From NCBI GenBank assembly GCA_034780895.1, contig JAUZTB010000027.1, forward strand, positions 42,100,304 to 42,164,303: 64,000 nt of DNA, given 5' to 3'. The DNA comes from Rhynchobatus australiae. Lineage: Eukaryota. The notes under the pieces are model-generated. The model ran no database searches. It was not told the DNA's origin and saw only the letters and a list, made by a program, of their open reading frames with translations. The translations under genes and the position numbers were made by a program. Below, piece after piece: positions 25,037-39,370 of this stretch; the stretch's first letter is position 1, and every line of letters starts with the position of its first letter.

Positions 25037-26359
25037 TGAGAGTTGCATTTACCTGCTGTCAGTTTTTGTACTGTTTTAAGGATCGGTTCAGGGTGCACTA
25101 TAAGCTGAGGGAAACATAAACAGTCATGTACCATTTAACCTGATTATTGAATGTTTGCCTGATTCTCTGGCCAGGTTCTTTGACCACATGTACATGCTTT
25201 GATTGCCCTGGAACATCAGTCCACACTGTCTATCAGACGGCTGGACACCTTTTGTGAGACGTGGACCCATGTAATTAATTCTTTATTGCACTTGATTTCA
25301 CAATTGGTTTGTTGTTTATGCCCCTCCCATTGTAACGTGGCTGTGGTGACCTCCCTGTAAATAGCTGTACTTGTGGGTTATTTTGATGGGCACAGGTCCA
25401 GCCATTTCACAGGATGAACTGCCTGACTTGTGTTTTTTGGAAATGGTCAGTGAATGCTATGGGAGCAATGCAGTTTCCCAACTTGCTTAGAAATCAGTTT
25501 GGAATGAATTAGGTGATAAAAGGAAACTTGATAAAGCTGCCTGGCTTCCATCTGAGGTAGGAGGTTAGAAGGATTTTGTAGCTTCCAAAATATTCTGTGA
25601 ATGGAATTGTTTATCAGAAGAGGGGTAAAAAACTGCATTTAGTATTGAAAATATTGATATTTATTATTATTTTAGGATTTTTGTGTTTAACCACCAAGCA
25701 CAAGGAAACTGAGTCATTGCTTGTTTTGCTAACTTGTCTCCACAAGATTCAGATTAGAAAATGTTTAATTTGCTGGCTAACTGCCCATTAGGTCTTCAGT
25801 TATGCTTGTCTAAAGTTTGGACTTGTTTGATCAGTTGCTTGACAAAGTAGTTTGTTATTTCAGAACTGACCCTTCTGAGCAAGATCGCTACTTCTAAAAT
25901 CTCTTAGTTGAGTGGATTGCTATCTCTAATGATTTTTTTTATTTCTGTTCAGCTTTTCCCATCTATTAAATTTCATTCAAATGAAAAATCATCACTTCCC
26001 TATTTTCTGTTGTTTTGTGTTGACTGGATGGAAATGTGACAACGGAATCCAGTCACCCCTGGACAACTGCACTTGTGTTGAAAATGACCTTGTAATTTTT
26101 TAAAACCTATCATCATCGTATAGTTTAGAAATGATCTTAAAATTTAAAACAAATATTTGCATTGTCCAACTTCAAAGTAAATGAAAAAAATTACTGAGAT
26201 TTGGCAGGAGAAATGCTGATACATGAATTGCTGATACATGATACATGTTCACAAATAGACCCAGAAGGCTCCTGTGAAAGGAAATGGATTGAAAGGATAT
26301 CTTAGAAAGGACCGCTAAATACAAAACAAATATTATACAGTAATTGACCATCAAAAAAA

Positions 26360-26570
26360 AATTGCAGATGCTGGAAATTTGAAATAAAATAGAAACCCNN
26401 NNNNNNNNNNNCAGGCAGCATCTGTGGAAAGAGTTCATGTTAATGTTTCAGGTTGAAGATCCTTCATTAAACCAAGATATCCATCCCATCATATGAAAGT
26501 GTTTCCATCTGAAATGTTAATCCTGTTTCTCTTTCCAACCTGCCAAGTCTTTTCTGTTCTTATTTAAAAT
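26360..26570 (-). mobile_element. Penelope-like terminal repeat fragment with partial inverted copy
   Basis: ttgcagatgctggaaatttgaaataaaa...caggcagcatctgtggaaag...gtttcaggttgaagatccttca, then a decayed opposite-orientation piece ctgaaatgttaatcctgtttctc. Confidence 0.65.
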
Positions 26571-27202
26571 ATTATACAGCCCTGTGCCAAACCCTCATTT
26601 TGAGTACTACCTGATCCTCCTTTAGATGATGGATAATTACAGGAGAGAACCAGTAGATTGATATTGCAACAGATAAATGCAATTACATTGCTCACTTCAC
26701 ACAGGCAACCTCAAGCTCTTAACAAAAATCATAAGCAAACCAATGACAATGAAAAGCAGAGTACTTAAGTTTTATGGTGATAGTTTTAAAGGAGAAACAT
26801 CTGAGAGAGTACTCCAGATCTTGGAGCCCTAGATAGCTGAAGGCACAGCTGATTTAAAAGGAGTGCAGCATATGTGATACCAGTGCTGGGAGAATAGAGT
26901 TGGGGGAATGTTGTAGATTATAAAGAAAGGGGAGAGCCTGCAGAGGTGATAACTTCTACATTGGAGGTGGAGGAAGGGGGATACAACAATTCTCCGTTGA
27001 CCAGCTGCCCATAAACTCTTTTCATCATCAAAAACATCGTCTCCGTCCTGATGGGCACCATGTTCGATTCGCCCATCGCCCCTATTCACATTCACCAGTC
27101 AGGCTCTGCTTTTATTATAAAATTCTTATCCTTGATTCCAGTTCCCTCCATGGCTTTACCTCTTTCTGCCTCTAGCCATTAGCCCCACAGTCTTCCAAGA
27201 TG

Positions 27203-27500
27203 GGGCAGCCAGTGGCGCAGCAATCAGAGCTGCTGCCTCTCAACTCTAGCTTTACTAATGCTGACCTCTGGTGCTGCTTGTGTGCTGTGACCGTGTGGCT
27301 TTCCTCTGGGTGTTCTGGTTTCCTCCGGCATCCCAAATTAGCTGCTGTAAATCGGTGGTAGAATCCAGATGGGGGGTTTTGATGGGAATTTACAGAGAAT
27401 TAAAAAAAATTAGAGTATAGGTTTGGTGAAGATGAGTGCTTGATGGTCAGCAAAGACTTGTTGGGCCGAAGGGCCTATTTCTATATTGTGTATCTCTGAG
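27203..27500 (+). mobile_element. tRNA-derived V-SINE/HE1-like SINE with CR1-type tail
   Basis: A-box-like agtggcgcagc head, V core tttcctctgggtgttctggtttcctccggcatcccaaa, tail gggccgaagggcctatttct. Confidence 0.75.
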
Positions 27501-27871
27501 TCTAAGATCTCTATACTCATTCAAATCTGGTCTATTAAACATCCATGTTTTTCATCTCACAACTTCTCAACCCCTAAATCTTGCAACCAAGCCAGCTGCT
27601 GTTCCTTATGACATTGCTCTTGAAAACTTAACTCCTTGCTCACTAACCCTGGTTAGCTAACTAGTACATTTTCTTTAATACTCTTGTGAAGCAGTTTGGT
27701 ACTTTCTTAGTTGCATTATTTAAACTGAGGTTGTTTTTGTAGTAAAGGTGATACCTTTACCATTGTGGGTTGATAATACACGTTAGTACAATTAGTATCT
27801 TGCATAGTATTTCTCCTTTCACCCCTCTTCATCTAACCCTTTAAGTTTAACCCTTCCTGCTTTTCTCCTTG

Positions 27872-28035
27872 TAAAACAAAACAAACTGCTGGAGGAACTG
27901 CTGAGTCCAGATGAAGGGTCTCAACCCAAACTGTTGATTGTCTTTTTTTTCCCCCTACAGATGCTGCCTGACCTGTTGAGTTCCTCCAGCAGTTTGTTTC
28001 TTGCTCCAGATTCCAGCCTCTGCTGTCTCTTATGT
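27872..28035 (+). mobile_element. Penelope-like terminal repeat with 5' inverted repeat
   Basis: aacaaactgctggaggaact is inverted relative to agttcctccagcagtttgtt; between them lie ccagatgaagggtctcaacccaaac and gatgctgcctgacctg. Confidence 0.8.
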
Positions 28036-29811
28036 CTCTGTACTCTTCCTTCATGTAATTGGATAACTTCCCTTCAAACACATTTGTGCTGTGCCTCAAT
28101 TACACCTGTGCTAGCAAGTTCCACATTTCTGTTAACAAAGTTTCTCCTGAATTTCTATTGGATTAGTGAACATGTTGTACTTCTGGCTCCTGGATTTGAT
28201 ATATAGTAACGGTGCTAAAGTTGGTTGCTTTTGGTTTTCAGCTTTGCGTATTGCATACAGGGATGGCAGGTTTCAGTCCAAGTATCTCAGAAATTTGCAG
28301 CACGTGTACCATTTGACCCATCATGTCCAAACTGGTCAACAAGCAGTTCCACCGCCATTTCAGGCAGTGAACTCCAGACCCCTCTCTATTGTTTTCATAG
28401 AGAAAAATGTTCTCTAATACTATCAATGAATGAAGTGTCTAATTGGACTCTCAAATGAAGAAAAATTGCATGTTAAAGCACTTGTCACCAGTTGCATTAT
28501 ACCTTGGTAAGAGTCTATGAAAATTGCAAAGTAATTTAGCAATTAAAAGTTGTTGAAACTGTGTTCTGTGAAGGCACTGCCAGGGCTTTGAGCCCTGACA
28601 GTAATAGATGGGGGTGTTAAAGACCTGTACGCCAGAGTAACTTGTTCCTGCAGTAAAGCTGTTCTGGTACAGTTGTAACACTGGCATCTACCTGACAATA
28701 TGGAGGGTGACTCAATGTTCTGAAAAGTAAATATTGATAAATCTAACATCCCTGTTCTGTTTGCCACTGTTTGTTCATTCCACCATTCCAGTATTCCTTT
28801 ATAAATTTTTCACAGAATCTCCTTCAGGGTTTTGTATTGTCAACAAATGTATACACCTATAATCAAATCATGCACATTGAAGTTGAGTGACCCCAGTAGT
28901 GAATCTTTTGTGAAACTATTGGCCTTGCTTCCAGACACCCAGACAAAATTTGCCCTGATTCCCTCCAGCTGATTCAATTGTAATAAATTTTCAATCCAAT
29001 TTGCTCCCTGGTTCTCCCCCCCCCCCATTAGTATTATTTCTTAATGATCCCTTTGAACAAGGAAATGACAGTCAGAAACACCTCCCGTTGTGAAGTCATC
29101 ACTTTGCAACTATCTTTCTAGAAATGTAACTAAGCCACCTATTTTAACATAGACAAGAGTAGTGTAGAAGCTGTGTGTGTTTAATGAGCACCTCTTCCAA
29201 ACACTCATGAGCCTCCCCGCATCTGCAAGGCTTGAGTCAGGCTGTCATGGAATACTTTCTGTTTGCCTGCATGAGTGCAGCACTAGCTCGACTCGATGCT
29301 CAATATCATCTAAGATTTTCTATCTTTGGGCTTGACGCTCATTTATTCCATTGCTTGCACACTCACGTTGTGGTGGCAGTGTGTACAATTCTTACTATGC
29401 ACTGCAACATCTAGGTTTTGTTTTAACCAATATAACCTTCCTTCCTGTGACCTCCACCACCAAAGATGACAGCAGTATGTCACAGAGGGGGAGTGTTGGA
29501 GCTGTGGTGTCTAAATCACCCCCACCCCTTTTTTTAAATCATTGTCCTAGAAGTCCCTCCCCAACATCAGCAAGGGAGCACCACATGTGTAAGGACTATG
29601 ATAATTCAAGGAAAAGGCCCAACTTTCCCGTTGACATCTAGGGATGGGAAGTAAATGCAACGTCGCAAACGCTTCACATATCCCAAGGCTAAGTATAACA
29701 GTAATTGTTGATGACTTGCAGTAAAGCAAATAGGTCAATGGATTTGTCCTGTGAAATGGTTTCTGTACATGAGAATCATTCCTTAGCAATCCATTCCACA
29801 CGGTTGTGTAA

Positions 29812-30054
<243 letters not shown>

Positions 30055-31754
30055 TGATGTGACAGTTGTATTTACTAAGCAAATCAATCTCCCATGGCAC
30101 AGCATATGAGAAGTAAAGATTGGGGTTTTGGAAATAATAGGATCCAAATGCGTGAATGGAATTTATTGTTTTAAAGCCTATCTTTATAAATGTAAGGTAT
30201 TGAAAATAGTAAAATTCCTGGCAATTTGAAAAGCAGAGAAGCAGAATTGATTAAAGCATCAGATCTTTTCTGCAGAGAGCTGAAATTTGTAACTGTTACA
30301 GGACCACTGACAGGATATAACGGAAATTGCCTATCTAATTACAATGTGGCATTTAGATAGGCAATTTCCTTTATAATCATGCACAGGGAATTTTTAATCT
30401 CAAAAATCTCAAACCTACATGTAATACTAATGTAGGTTTATAGATGTAATGTAGTAATTGGAAAAAGAGCAAATTTTGCTGCATTGCTAAGCAGCGTACA
30501 TCCTACTCCTTTATCCCTAGTGTGTGTTGGCACTATTAAAGTGGCATTGTATGTTCAGTATTTTGTTAATAATCATTGTTGCTATTTTGCTATAATGCTG
30601 AAACTGAAAACTCTTTTTACAGTGATTCCAAGTGCTCATTAATTTCCAGTTTCTCACTTTTTTAATTGCATGAGTTTTAATGTTTCTGAGTGCAGTCTTC
30701 TAATGATTTCTCCCTCTTTGCTAGATGTTGTAAGCATCAGAAAAGCTTTCCCCTCTCAGAAGGTACAATGTTGAAAAGGAAATTTGGGTAAACTGAATTT
30801 CACTTGGTGTTTGACTAGCACTTAACCAGTTAAACCAAAGCTTTTAAACTTTGTCAGAAGCCAATGATCACACTAAATCTTTTGCTAGAAATTTTTAATT
30901 TGAGAAATTACAGGGCTATGTAATCATTCTCAATGACCCAAATAGAATTATACAAGAGAAGCCATTATTTTGTTAATGCCAGCCATTTGAAAGATCACAG
31001 ATCGCTGGTTCTTCCCCATTGCTCTATTGAGCTTACCTCAACTATAATTCTATTAAATAGGAATGAAAATGGGTGTAGTCCTGTAGTCAATGTTTCAAGA
31101 GTTAGCAAGTTAGTTTAAGTAGTAAGAGATCAGGGTAGTATTATCTGGATTGCTCTCTATCTTGTNNNNNNNNNNATTAAGTGGCTGAAAGCTGTAATTA
31201 ACCAAGCGGTTGGTACCTGTTCTGGAGCAGGAGGGACTGGTTAAGACAGTTGGCTTGTTGAGCTGGTACCTGTTCACCAGTACTGTGTGGGAATTTGATC
31301 TAACTTCACAGTAGTTTTTTGTCATTGCTTATTGGTTCACAAGATGTGGAAATGCCTATCCCTCACTGCCCCAGAACTGAGACTAGTTGAGATTGCTGTG
31401 GTTGTGTAATCGTACAAAAACTACATCAGTTAAGGATGGCAGGTTTTCTTTCCTGAAGGACATGATTAAACCAGCTGTTTTGATCATGAGTATCAATACA
31501 ATTTATTGATTCCAGATTTATTGTAATTAAATTGATACTAATCTAGTAACTTAATTACTATGTGACTGTACTGTTGAATACCAGAACAAAATCTTAGATA
31601 GGAAATGAGGTGTGTAAAGTACAGGGAGAAGCAACTGGCACTCAAAAAGAATTCAACAATGGGAGGAATCAATCGGGGTAAATACAAAGCAGTCAAAGAT
31701 TAGCTTGGTAAATGAGGTTTTGGAATAAGTTACCATCAAAGAAAGTGATACAGT

Positions 31755-31905
31755 GACTTGCATTTAAAAGTTATTGAGACAGGTACATGGATTGGAAAGG
31801 TTTAGAGGGCCAAATGCAAGCAAATGGGACTAGCTCAGGGAGACAACTTAGTTGGCATGGACGAGTTGGGCTGAAGGGCCTGTTTCCATGCAGCATGATT
31901 CTCAC
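31755..31905 (+). mobile_element. CR1 3' UTR/tail fragment
   Basis: gacaggtacatggattggaaaggtttagaggg...gggactagctcagg...gggctgaagggcctgtttccatgc, closely similar to 21300-21440. Confidence 0.75.
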
Positions 31906-32584
31906 TTGGGTTGAAGGAAGGATTGGATTTGGAACAATATTCCTCACTATGAGGTACTTGGGAATGGATAAGGGAGGGATGTGGGTGGAAGTATTGATCA
32001 AAGTAATGGCTATAGCAGAATGTGTGGTTGGGGACAAAGAACTAGGATACTTGCAACCTGGAAGGCACTGCCTGAAAAGGCGGTGGAGGCAGATTATCTT
32101 TAAAATGTTTCTCAATAAGCTCTCGAATCACCAAGGCATTGGAAGGCTGGTGACTAAACAATGATAAATGAGGTTTGTATAGATAGGTACTTAATTGGCA
32201 TGGGCACAGTGGGCTGAGGGACAAGTGTTTGGTCCCCGTGGCACCAAGCAGAGGGATTGATATGCTGCTATATATTTTAGGCTACCAAAGAAGATGGTAG
32301 CAAATAGAAAAAAGATGGAAGCAAATTACAGGAAAGCTCAAGAATGCAAGTATTGTAATATTGGGAGATTTCAGTTATCCAAATATTGACTGTGAAGTGC
32401 CAAGAGGGAGAAATTACTAAAGAATTTCCTTGATCTGCATATTTTCAGCTACCAAGGAAAAGGGTAATAAGCAATAAAATACTTAACTGGAGAAAAGCTT
32501 ACTTCACATTGAAGAGATCTGTTCCAAGTGGGCTGGGGAAAATACTGATAGGCAGAATAATAACTGAATAGTAACTGTGATGTC

Positions 32585-32702
32585 AACACAAAAGATTGAA
32601 GATGCTGGAATCTGAAGCAAAGAACAATCTGCTGAAGGGTCAAGCAGCATCTATGAGGGGAAAAGGAATTGTTGACGTTTCAAGTTGAAACCCTGCATCA
32701 GG
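32585..32702 (-). mobile_element. Penelope-like terminal repeat fragment
   Basis: gatgctggaatctgaagcaa...gcagcatctatg...gttgacgtttcaagttgaaaccctgcatcagg. Confidence 0.75.
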
Positions 32703-35700
32703 TGTGATGTGATAGTCCTAAATAGAGTAAACAGATTTCTGTGAGCATAATGCAGGGGCATATCTTCTAGGGTCACTAAATTGCGATAATACTCAAAAAA
32801 AAAGTAGGCTTATAACAGACTTTAGGTTTATAAAACAAAAGGGAACCAGGTTAAATGTTGAGAGTACAANNNNNNNNNNCTACAGATGAGAAGAAGGGAA
32901 AGAGTGTAAGACAATGGACCAAAAAGTGGGAGCATCTTGTGGAGGCATTGATACGAAATGAATATTTTTGCATCTGCCTTCACTGGTGAGGAATCAGCTG
33001 TACTTTTGAGAAATAAAGGTCATCAATTCTAGAAGAGATCCATCTTGGCTTTCTGATAGAAGTATGGGCAGTAATTGCAGAGGATCTGGCCATTAATTTT
33101 GGATGTGAGGATAGTACCAAAGGACTGAAATATTGCAATTGTTAGGGTTCTGTTTGAGGGGAAGAGAAAAGGTGAAAGCTGATAAATGCAGGCCAGTCAG
33201 TCTAAAATTGGTGGTGGGAAAACATTGAAGCAAAAATTAGACATTTAGAAAGGTAGGTTAATAAAGTCAGCTGAAGTTTGCTTGTTTTGTGCTTTGTTGA
33301 TAATGGAAAGCTTTGTGGTGCCAGGAGCACAGTCAGTTGCCAAGGGAAACCCATCCTCTGACCTCCTCTACACAGCATTTGTCCCATCCAAGTTGCTGGT
33401 TGAGGGAGCTGAACAATAGTAATGCTGAGGATAAGTGGTTAGCTCTTTCCTTGTTAAGATTGTCATTAGCTGGTCCTTACACGACAAGAATGTTAATTGC
33501 TATTTTCATATGTCCAAATAAATCCAAGGTCTTGCTGTCTACAGACATAAACTGCTGAACTGAGGATTTGCAAGTGGAGTACTTCACTGACCTTGTGATG
33601 GAAGAAGGCTCATAGATTACCCATCTGAAGTTGGTTCAGCCTAGATTACTTTTGAGGAATTCTGTGCCAGTGTTGTAAGGCTGAGGTGATTGACTTTAAA
33701 CAAACATCTTCCTTTTGCTGACTATTGCTTCAATCAATGAAAATTCCCCTTGACTTCAATTGACAACTTAAATTGCTGGCTCACTGCAATGGGCAATCAC
33801 TCGCCCCTCCCCTGCAGAATTTGGCTCTTGTCCACATTTGACTTTTGTGATAGTAAGGATATTGGGATGAGGCCGAGCTGGATCATCCTCTCAGTTCTTG
33901 TGCATGATCAGGCTGGAATTTCTACATTTTTTTTAATTGGGGGCATTTGTGGTTTTTTTTTCCATAAACTGTTTAATTTTGTCCACCACCATTAATGGTT
34001 CTATTAATAGATGCAGATTTTGTAATAGCATGAAGTCCTCACCTTCAGCACGTTGGCAAATCATTCTTAGCTGCATGTGGTGCTATTTCTGGTGTGTCGT
34101 TCTGATCTCAGTGGACCAGGCTTGCTTCTGGCTAGGCATCAGAGAACAGTGATATGCTAGGCCTTAATGTTGGTTATTTGTATGGGGGACTGTTGATTTA
34201 ACTCTATTCAAGTGTGCTGGTATAAGATGCTGAGGTACTAGATCTGTCTTGAGTCTAACGATTCAGCCTGATGGTAGTGCTACACACAACAGAAGTTCCT
34301 TCATACGAATGAAACTTGGTCTCTACGTGCACTGATCTGCCACTGCTTCCATGGACAACTTTCATCTGCAAAGGTTGGATTGGGAAGGACTAGATCAAGT
34401 GGGTTTCCCTGACTTAGTTACCACCTGCTTCAGGTGAAGTCTGGCACTTGTCCTTCAAGATGTTCATGTTTGTGAGTGGTGGTGACACAGCCATTTTTGA
34501 TAATGGACAAATGGAGTCTGAGGTAGCTCTCCACATTTATGCCACAGCCTTCAGATGTTTGAGAGGCAGACATTACAAGACTTAGTGTGGTTTTGCAATG
34601 CTTGAATCCAATATCTAGGTTGATGTCAGATGGTCTTGAAGGTTTATTTTTGCTGTATCTTGACAAGGCAGTTTAATACAACCAAGTGACTTAGAGTCAT
34701 CCACGCTCTCTGGGTTTAAAGTTGTATTGAGGCCAGACCAGTTAGGACAGTTGATTTCCTTCCCAAAAGATATTAGTGAACCAGATGGAGTTTGGGCAAC
34801 AATATTTCATGTTCATCTTTTCTAGTGCTTGCACTTATTTAAATGACTGAATTTTAACGTCTTGGTTACTGTAATGGGATTTGACATTGGTTTTTGATAT
34901 GATTCATCCCATCTTGTAGATTTCTAATCTGTTAATTTATCCACCATGCTATGCTTCCTTCGGTTTTTTACACAGATGAGGCCAAGATTGTTTTTCAGTC
35001 TGTGCAGCTGTTTGTTTTGCAAGTTAGTTAAACCATGCACAATGCATCAACTACCTCTTGTTTGTTCTTTAGCTAATCATGAAATGTGAGTCAGAATGAA
35101 ACTCTCTGCTGTATTTATCCTGAGACTAATAGCTAGCAAGAATAGCTGATATTTTGTAGCATGAGCAAGCCAAATTTATTGTCCAGGCTAGCCTTAAAAG
35201 CTTGAGTTAAATTAAATGTTACACTAAATCAATTTTATTTCTATTTCAGTATGCTTTGTCACACCTACCTTCAGCTTTTCCATCTAATGTCATATCCCAT
35301 ACCCACTATACCTTGAGTTCATTAAATTTCACAATCACCACTCTATATTGGNNNNNNNNNNNNNNNNNNNNNNNNNNNNNNNNNNNNNNNNNNNNNNNNN
35401 NNNNNNNNNNNNNNNNNNNNNNNNNNNNNNNNNNNNNNNNNNNNNNNNNNNNNNNNNNNNNNNNNNNNNNNNNNNNNNNNNNNNNNNNNNNNNNNNNNNN
35501 NNNNNNNNNNNNNNNNNNTTATGACCCATTCCAATCTTGCTCTTCCACGTCCGGCAAAGATTGCAGGATAGCAATAGAAAACAAGGATCTCTCACTTACT
35601 GGCACCAGGAATCTGGGACTGATTGCAATGCCATTATTGGTATTGGCTAATAGCATAAACTAAAGTTCATATGATTTAGTTGCTTTTACCAATTTGCCAT

Positions 35701-36119
35701 TGAAAGAAGTCCTATAATAGAAAATCTGAAAGTAAAGTACAATGAGATTCTCCTATCTTTCTTTAGAATGTAGTGTTTGGACAATGTTTAAATAATGAGG
35801 GCCACCATATCTTCAAGTTGTAATGCTGCATATCCTAGTACCTCTCCGCCACCATTTCTATTGCACAGAAATGGGATTGTTACCTTTTTTAAAAAGGTAT
35901 CCTGTTGAAGTCCCTCAAGCCTTTGAGTTTTTTGCTTCCATTAGATGATTGCTACATTTCTCCAGTATAAAGGGAGATTTTAAACTGAATCGTATGCCTT
36001 TGTTAATTGTAAGCAGATTTTTTGGGGAAGGATCAATGTGCACATGTCCCAATGAGCATTATATTGTCATTGCTGTATTTACATGAGTGTTGTCAATGAA
36101 TCTGGAATTTTTACAAGAA

Positions 36120-38180
36120 GGAAGCTGTTGGACCCATGGATTCCATGCCAAATCCTTGTAGATCAATCCATTCATTCCCGCACTCCTGCTATTTCCTCAA
36201 GCTCTCCAAGTTATTTTCCCAAAAGTGCTTAGCCAATTTCCTTATTTCTGATTAAATTATTTTTCCACCACCTTTGGATGCAGAGAGTTCTGAATCATAA
36301 AACACTTATTCAAAACAAAGTTTGCTCTTGCATTTCCCACGTTTTGACCATCACCTTGAATTTGTATGCCCTTCACCTTGAACTAGCTGCTACAAGGAGC
36401 AGTGCCTCTACTTACCATTTTCAGACCTGTTGTGACCTTATGCAACTCTACCAAATCTCCCTTCAACTATCATTGCTCCAAGGAGAACAGCTTGAACTTC
36501 TCCGTTCTGACCTTGTTACCTGTACCTTCATCCCTGGAACCAATCATAGTCTCTTCAGCACCCTTTCTAAATTCTGAGTTTAGTGTTATGGTCAGAACTT
36601 GTTGCGGTGTTCCTGTTGTGATCTAACCAGTGTTTTTATTATAAAGGTTCACAGTAAACACTGTTTTCCTTCAGCACATTCTGTGACTTTGAAAGATTTA
36701 TGTATACATCAGGCTAGATCCCTCTGTTCCCAAACACCTTTTAGAAGTGGCTCCATGTAGTGGCTCTGCCATAATTTATCACTTCACATTGGCATTAAAT
36801 TACATTTGTCACATGCCTGCCAGTTTTGCACCCTTTGTCCCATTGCAGTATATTACTCCTGTTTTTAATGCTTACCATACCTCCGGGTCTGGGTTGTCTA
36901 AAATTTAAACTTTTATTGTGCACATCCATATTCTAGTCTATGATGTTTATAGAGAAACAGTGGTCATAGCACTGGTCCCTGGATAATGCCTCTGCTTTTC
37001 ATTTTCCAACCTGCGGTGCAACTGTTTACCTTGGCTGCCAACTTTGTTCTTAAGCCATGTTTTTTTTAATCATGCTCCCTCCGAACCCATTATTGCGTGC
37101 ATCTGAATTTTGTCGGCCAGTCTTTTATGTGAGACCTTGGCAAATACTCTCTGAAAATCCATACCGATGAACCTTATGCATTCACTTCAGCAGTCCCTAC
37201 TCAAAATCTCAAATTACTTTAAATAAACACAATTTGCTTAATTGTTCCATACCAAAGACCCTTTTCATCCAAGCATCTATTTATATTCCCAGATTTATTA
37301 TCTTTAAAAGTTTTCACTCAACAGAGGTTAACTGTAGTTCCTGGGATTTTCCTTGCACCCTTTCTAAATGTGGGTGTCATAGTTGCCATTTTCCCCTTCT
37401 CTGCAAACTCTGGGACCAGAGAGGATTGGAAGATTACAGCAAGTCCTTCTACGGTGTCCACCCCACTTCTCTCAGCAACTTCGCTTGTATCCCATCTGGA
37501 CCAGGTGACTTGAGCACAGCCAGTCTTTTTGGTACTTTCTTATTTTCATATCATTCATCATTTCCTTCTACTGGCATATTTGCAGCTTCCCTTTTTAATG
37601 ACAAATTAAGTGCTCCTTAAGTATTCTAACTTTACTCTGCACCTCATTTCATAATTACTATCTTGGTCCCTAAATCACATCCCGCCACTCTTTCTACCTG
37701 ATTGCTGTTCTTGTGTCTACAGGAGACATGGTTTCCCTTTTATGTTGATTGTCATTCTATTTCTGATTTCTCTTTGACATATTCCTTTTCACCTCTGCAT
37801 TTATCTTTCTTGCATTCAGTCTGCTTCTCTCTTGATTATCCGCAAGATGTGGCCATCCACTCCTCCTTATTTCATATTCTCTATTCCCTTTCTCATTTAA
37901 GGAGCACTACCTTACTCCTGTGAAAATGTTCTTGTGTTGCACTTAAGATATCTCCCCTTAAAGGTGTCCCACTGTTCTCTTACAATTCTACCTGCTAATT
38001 TTTATTTTCACTTCACCTTTGTCAAATTCTCCCTCATTTCATTGACTGTAACTATCTTCCAATTTGACTTTGCTTCTCGCCCTTCTCCATTAATCGCCGA
38101 AAACTTCAAGATAAAATTATCACTCTTTCCCCAAGTGCTCCAACTGATATTCGCCTATCTCATTGCTACTAAGCTCTAGT
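36120..38180 (-). mobile_element. Old, highly decayed CR1-like LINE
   Basis: Scattered reverse-strand remnants such as gcactggtccctggataatgcc (PQGSVL-like), accttggcaaatactctctgaaaatccat (MDFQ..FAKV) and cccatctggaccaggtgactt (KSPGPDG). Confidence 0.65.
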
Positions 38181-38217
38181 GAGCATCGGCCCATCTTATA
38201 AGACCTTTCTTTATAGG

Positions 38218-39370
38218 ACGGTGGTAACTAAGTCTATTGACAAGGGCAGGGCAGTGGATATAGTTTACGTGGATTTCATTAAGGTCTTTGACAGGGTCTC
38301 ACATGGGAGACTGGTTTAAAAAGTTAGGGCCTATGGCATCCAGGGCAAGTTGGCAAACTAGATCCAAAGCTGGCTTGGCAACAGGAGACAGGGTAATAGT
38401 TGAGGGTTGTTTCTGCGATTGGTTGCCTGTGACATGAAGTGTCCCACAAGGATCAGTTCCGGGACCCTTGCTGTTTGTAATACACGTGGATGTCTTGGAT
38501 GTGGATGTGGAAGGCAAGGTCAATAAATTCACAGATGACATAAAGATTGGCAGAGCTATTGATAGTGTGGAAGGTTGCCTTGGGCTCCAGAGAGGGATCA
38601 ATGTGTGGTGAAATGGGCTGAAAAGTGACAGATGGAGTTTAATTCAGACAAATATGAGGAGGTACACTTCAGGAGAACTAATGAAACAGCATACACTATG
38701 AATGTTAGGGTCTTAAAAAGTATTAAGGAATAGAGGGGCCTTGGAGTCCATAGATCCTTGAAAGTGGCAATGCAGAGAAATAATGTGGTTAGGAGGCAAA
38801 TGAGATACTGACCTTCATTAACTGAGATGTTGAATACAGAAGTAGGGAGGTTATGCTCCAACTTTGTAAAACCTTGGTCAGACCTCATCTGGAGATCTGC
38901 GTGCAGTTCTGGTCACCAAGTTATAGGAAGGATGTGATAACGCTGGAGAGGGTTCAGAGGAGAGACTGGGGAAGCTGGGCTGTTCTCTCTAGAGTGGAGG
39001 AGGTTGAGGGGACATGATTGAGGGATATAAAAATTATTATAGATAGGGTAGACTGCAGGAATCTTTTCTCCATATCAGAGGTAGATATTGCTAGAGGGCA
39101 TAGATTTAGAATGAAGGGGAAGAGATTTAGAGGCGATATGAGAGGGACCTTCCCCACCCAGAGAATGGCAAGTACCTGGAATGCACTGAGAGAGTGATTG
39201 AAGCTGGATCACTAACAACATTTAAGAAGTAGCTAAATAAGCACTTGAATCGCTTGGGCAGAGAGGGTGATGGACCAAGTGCTGGATAATGGGGTTAATA
39301 TGGAAGGGTGCCCACTGGTTGGTGAGTTGGTCCGAATATCCTGTTTCCATGCTACGATTCTGACAACTCT
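38218..39370 (+). mobile_element. CR1 LINE, 5'-truncated: RT domain to 3' tail
   Basis: DKGRAVDIVYVDFIKVFDRVSHGRL, VPQGSVPGPLLF, KFTDDIK (FADD motif), [21 protein letters not shown]; tail cctgtttccatgct; stops and frameshifts. Confidence 0.9.

Noticed and set aside
28166-28767. Overlapping short ORFs on both strands, and similar ones at 51148-51486
   Set aside because: No recognisable protein motif and no coherent acceptor/donor pair; consistent with chance intronic ORFs.
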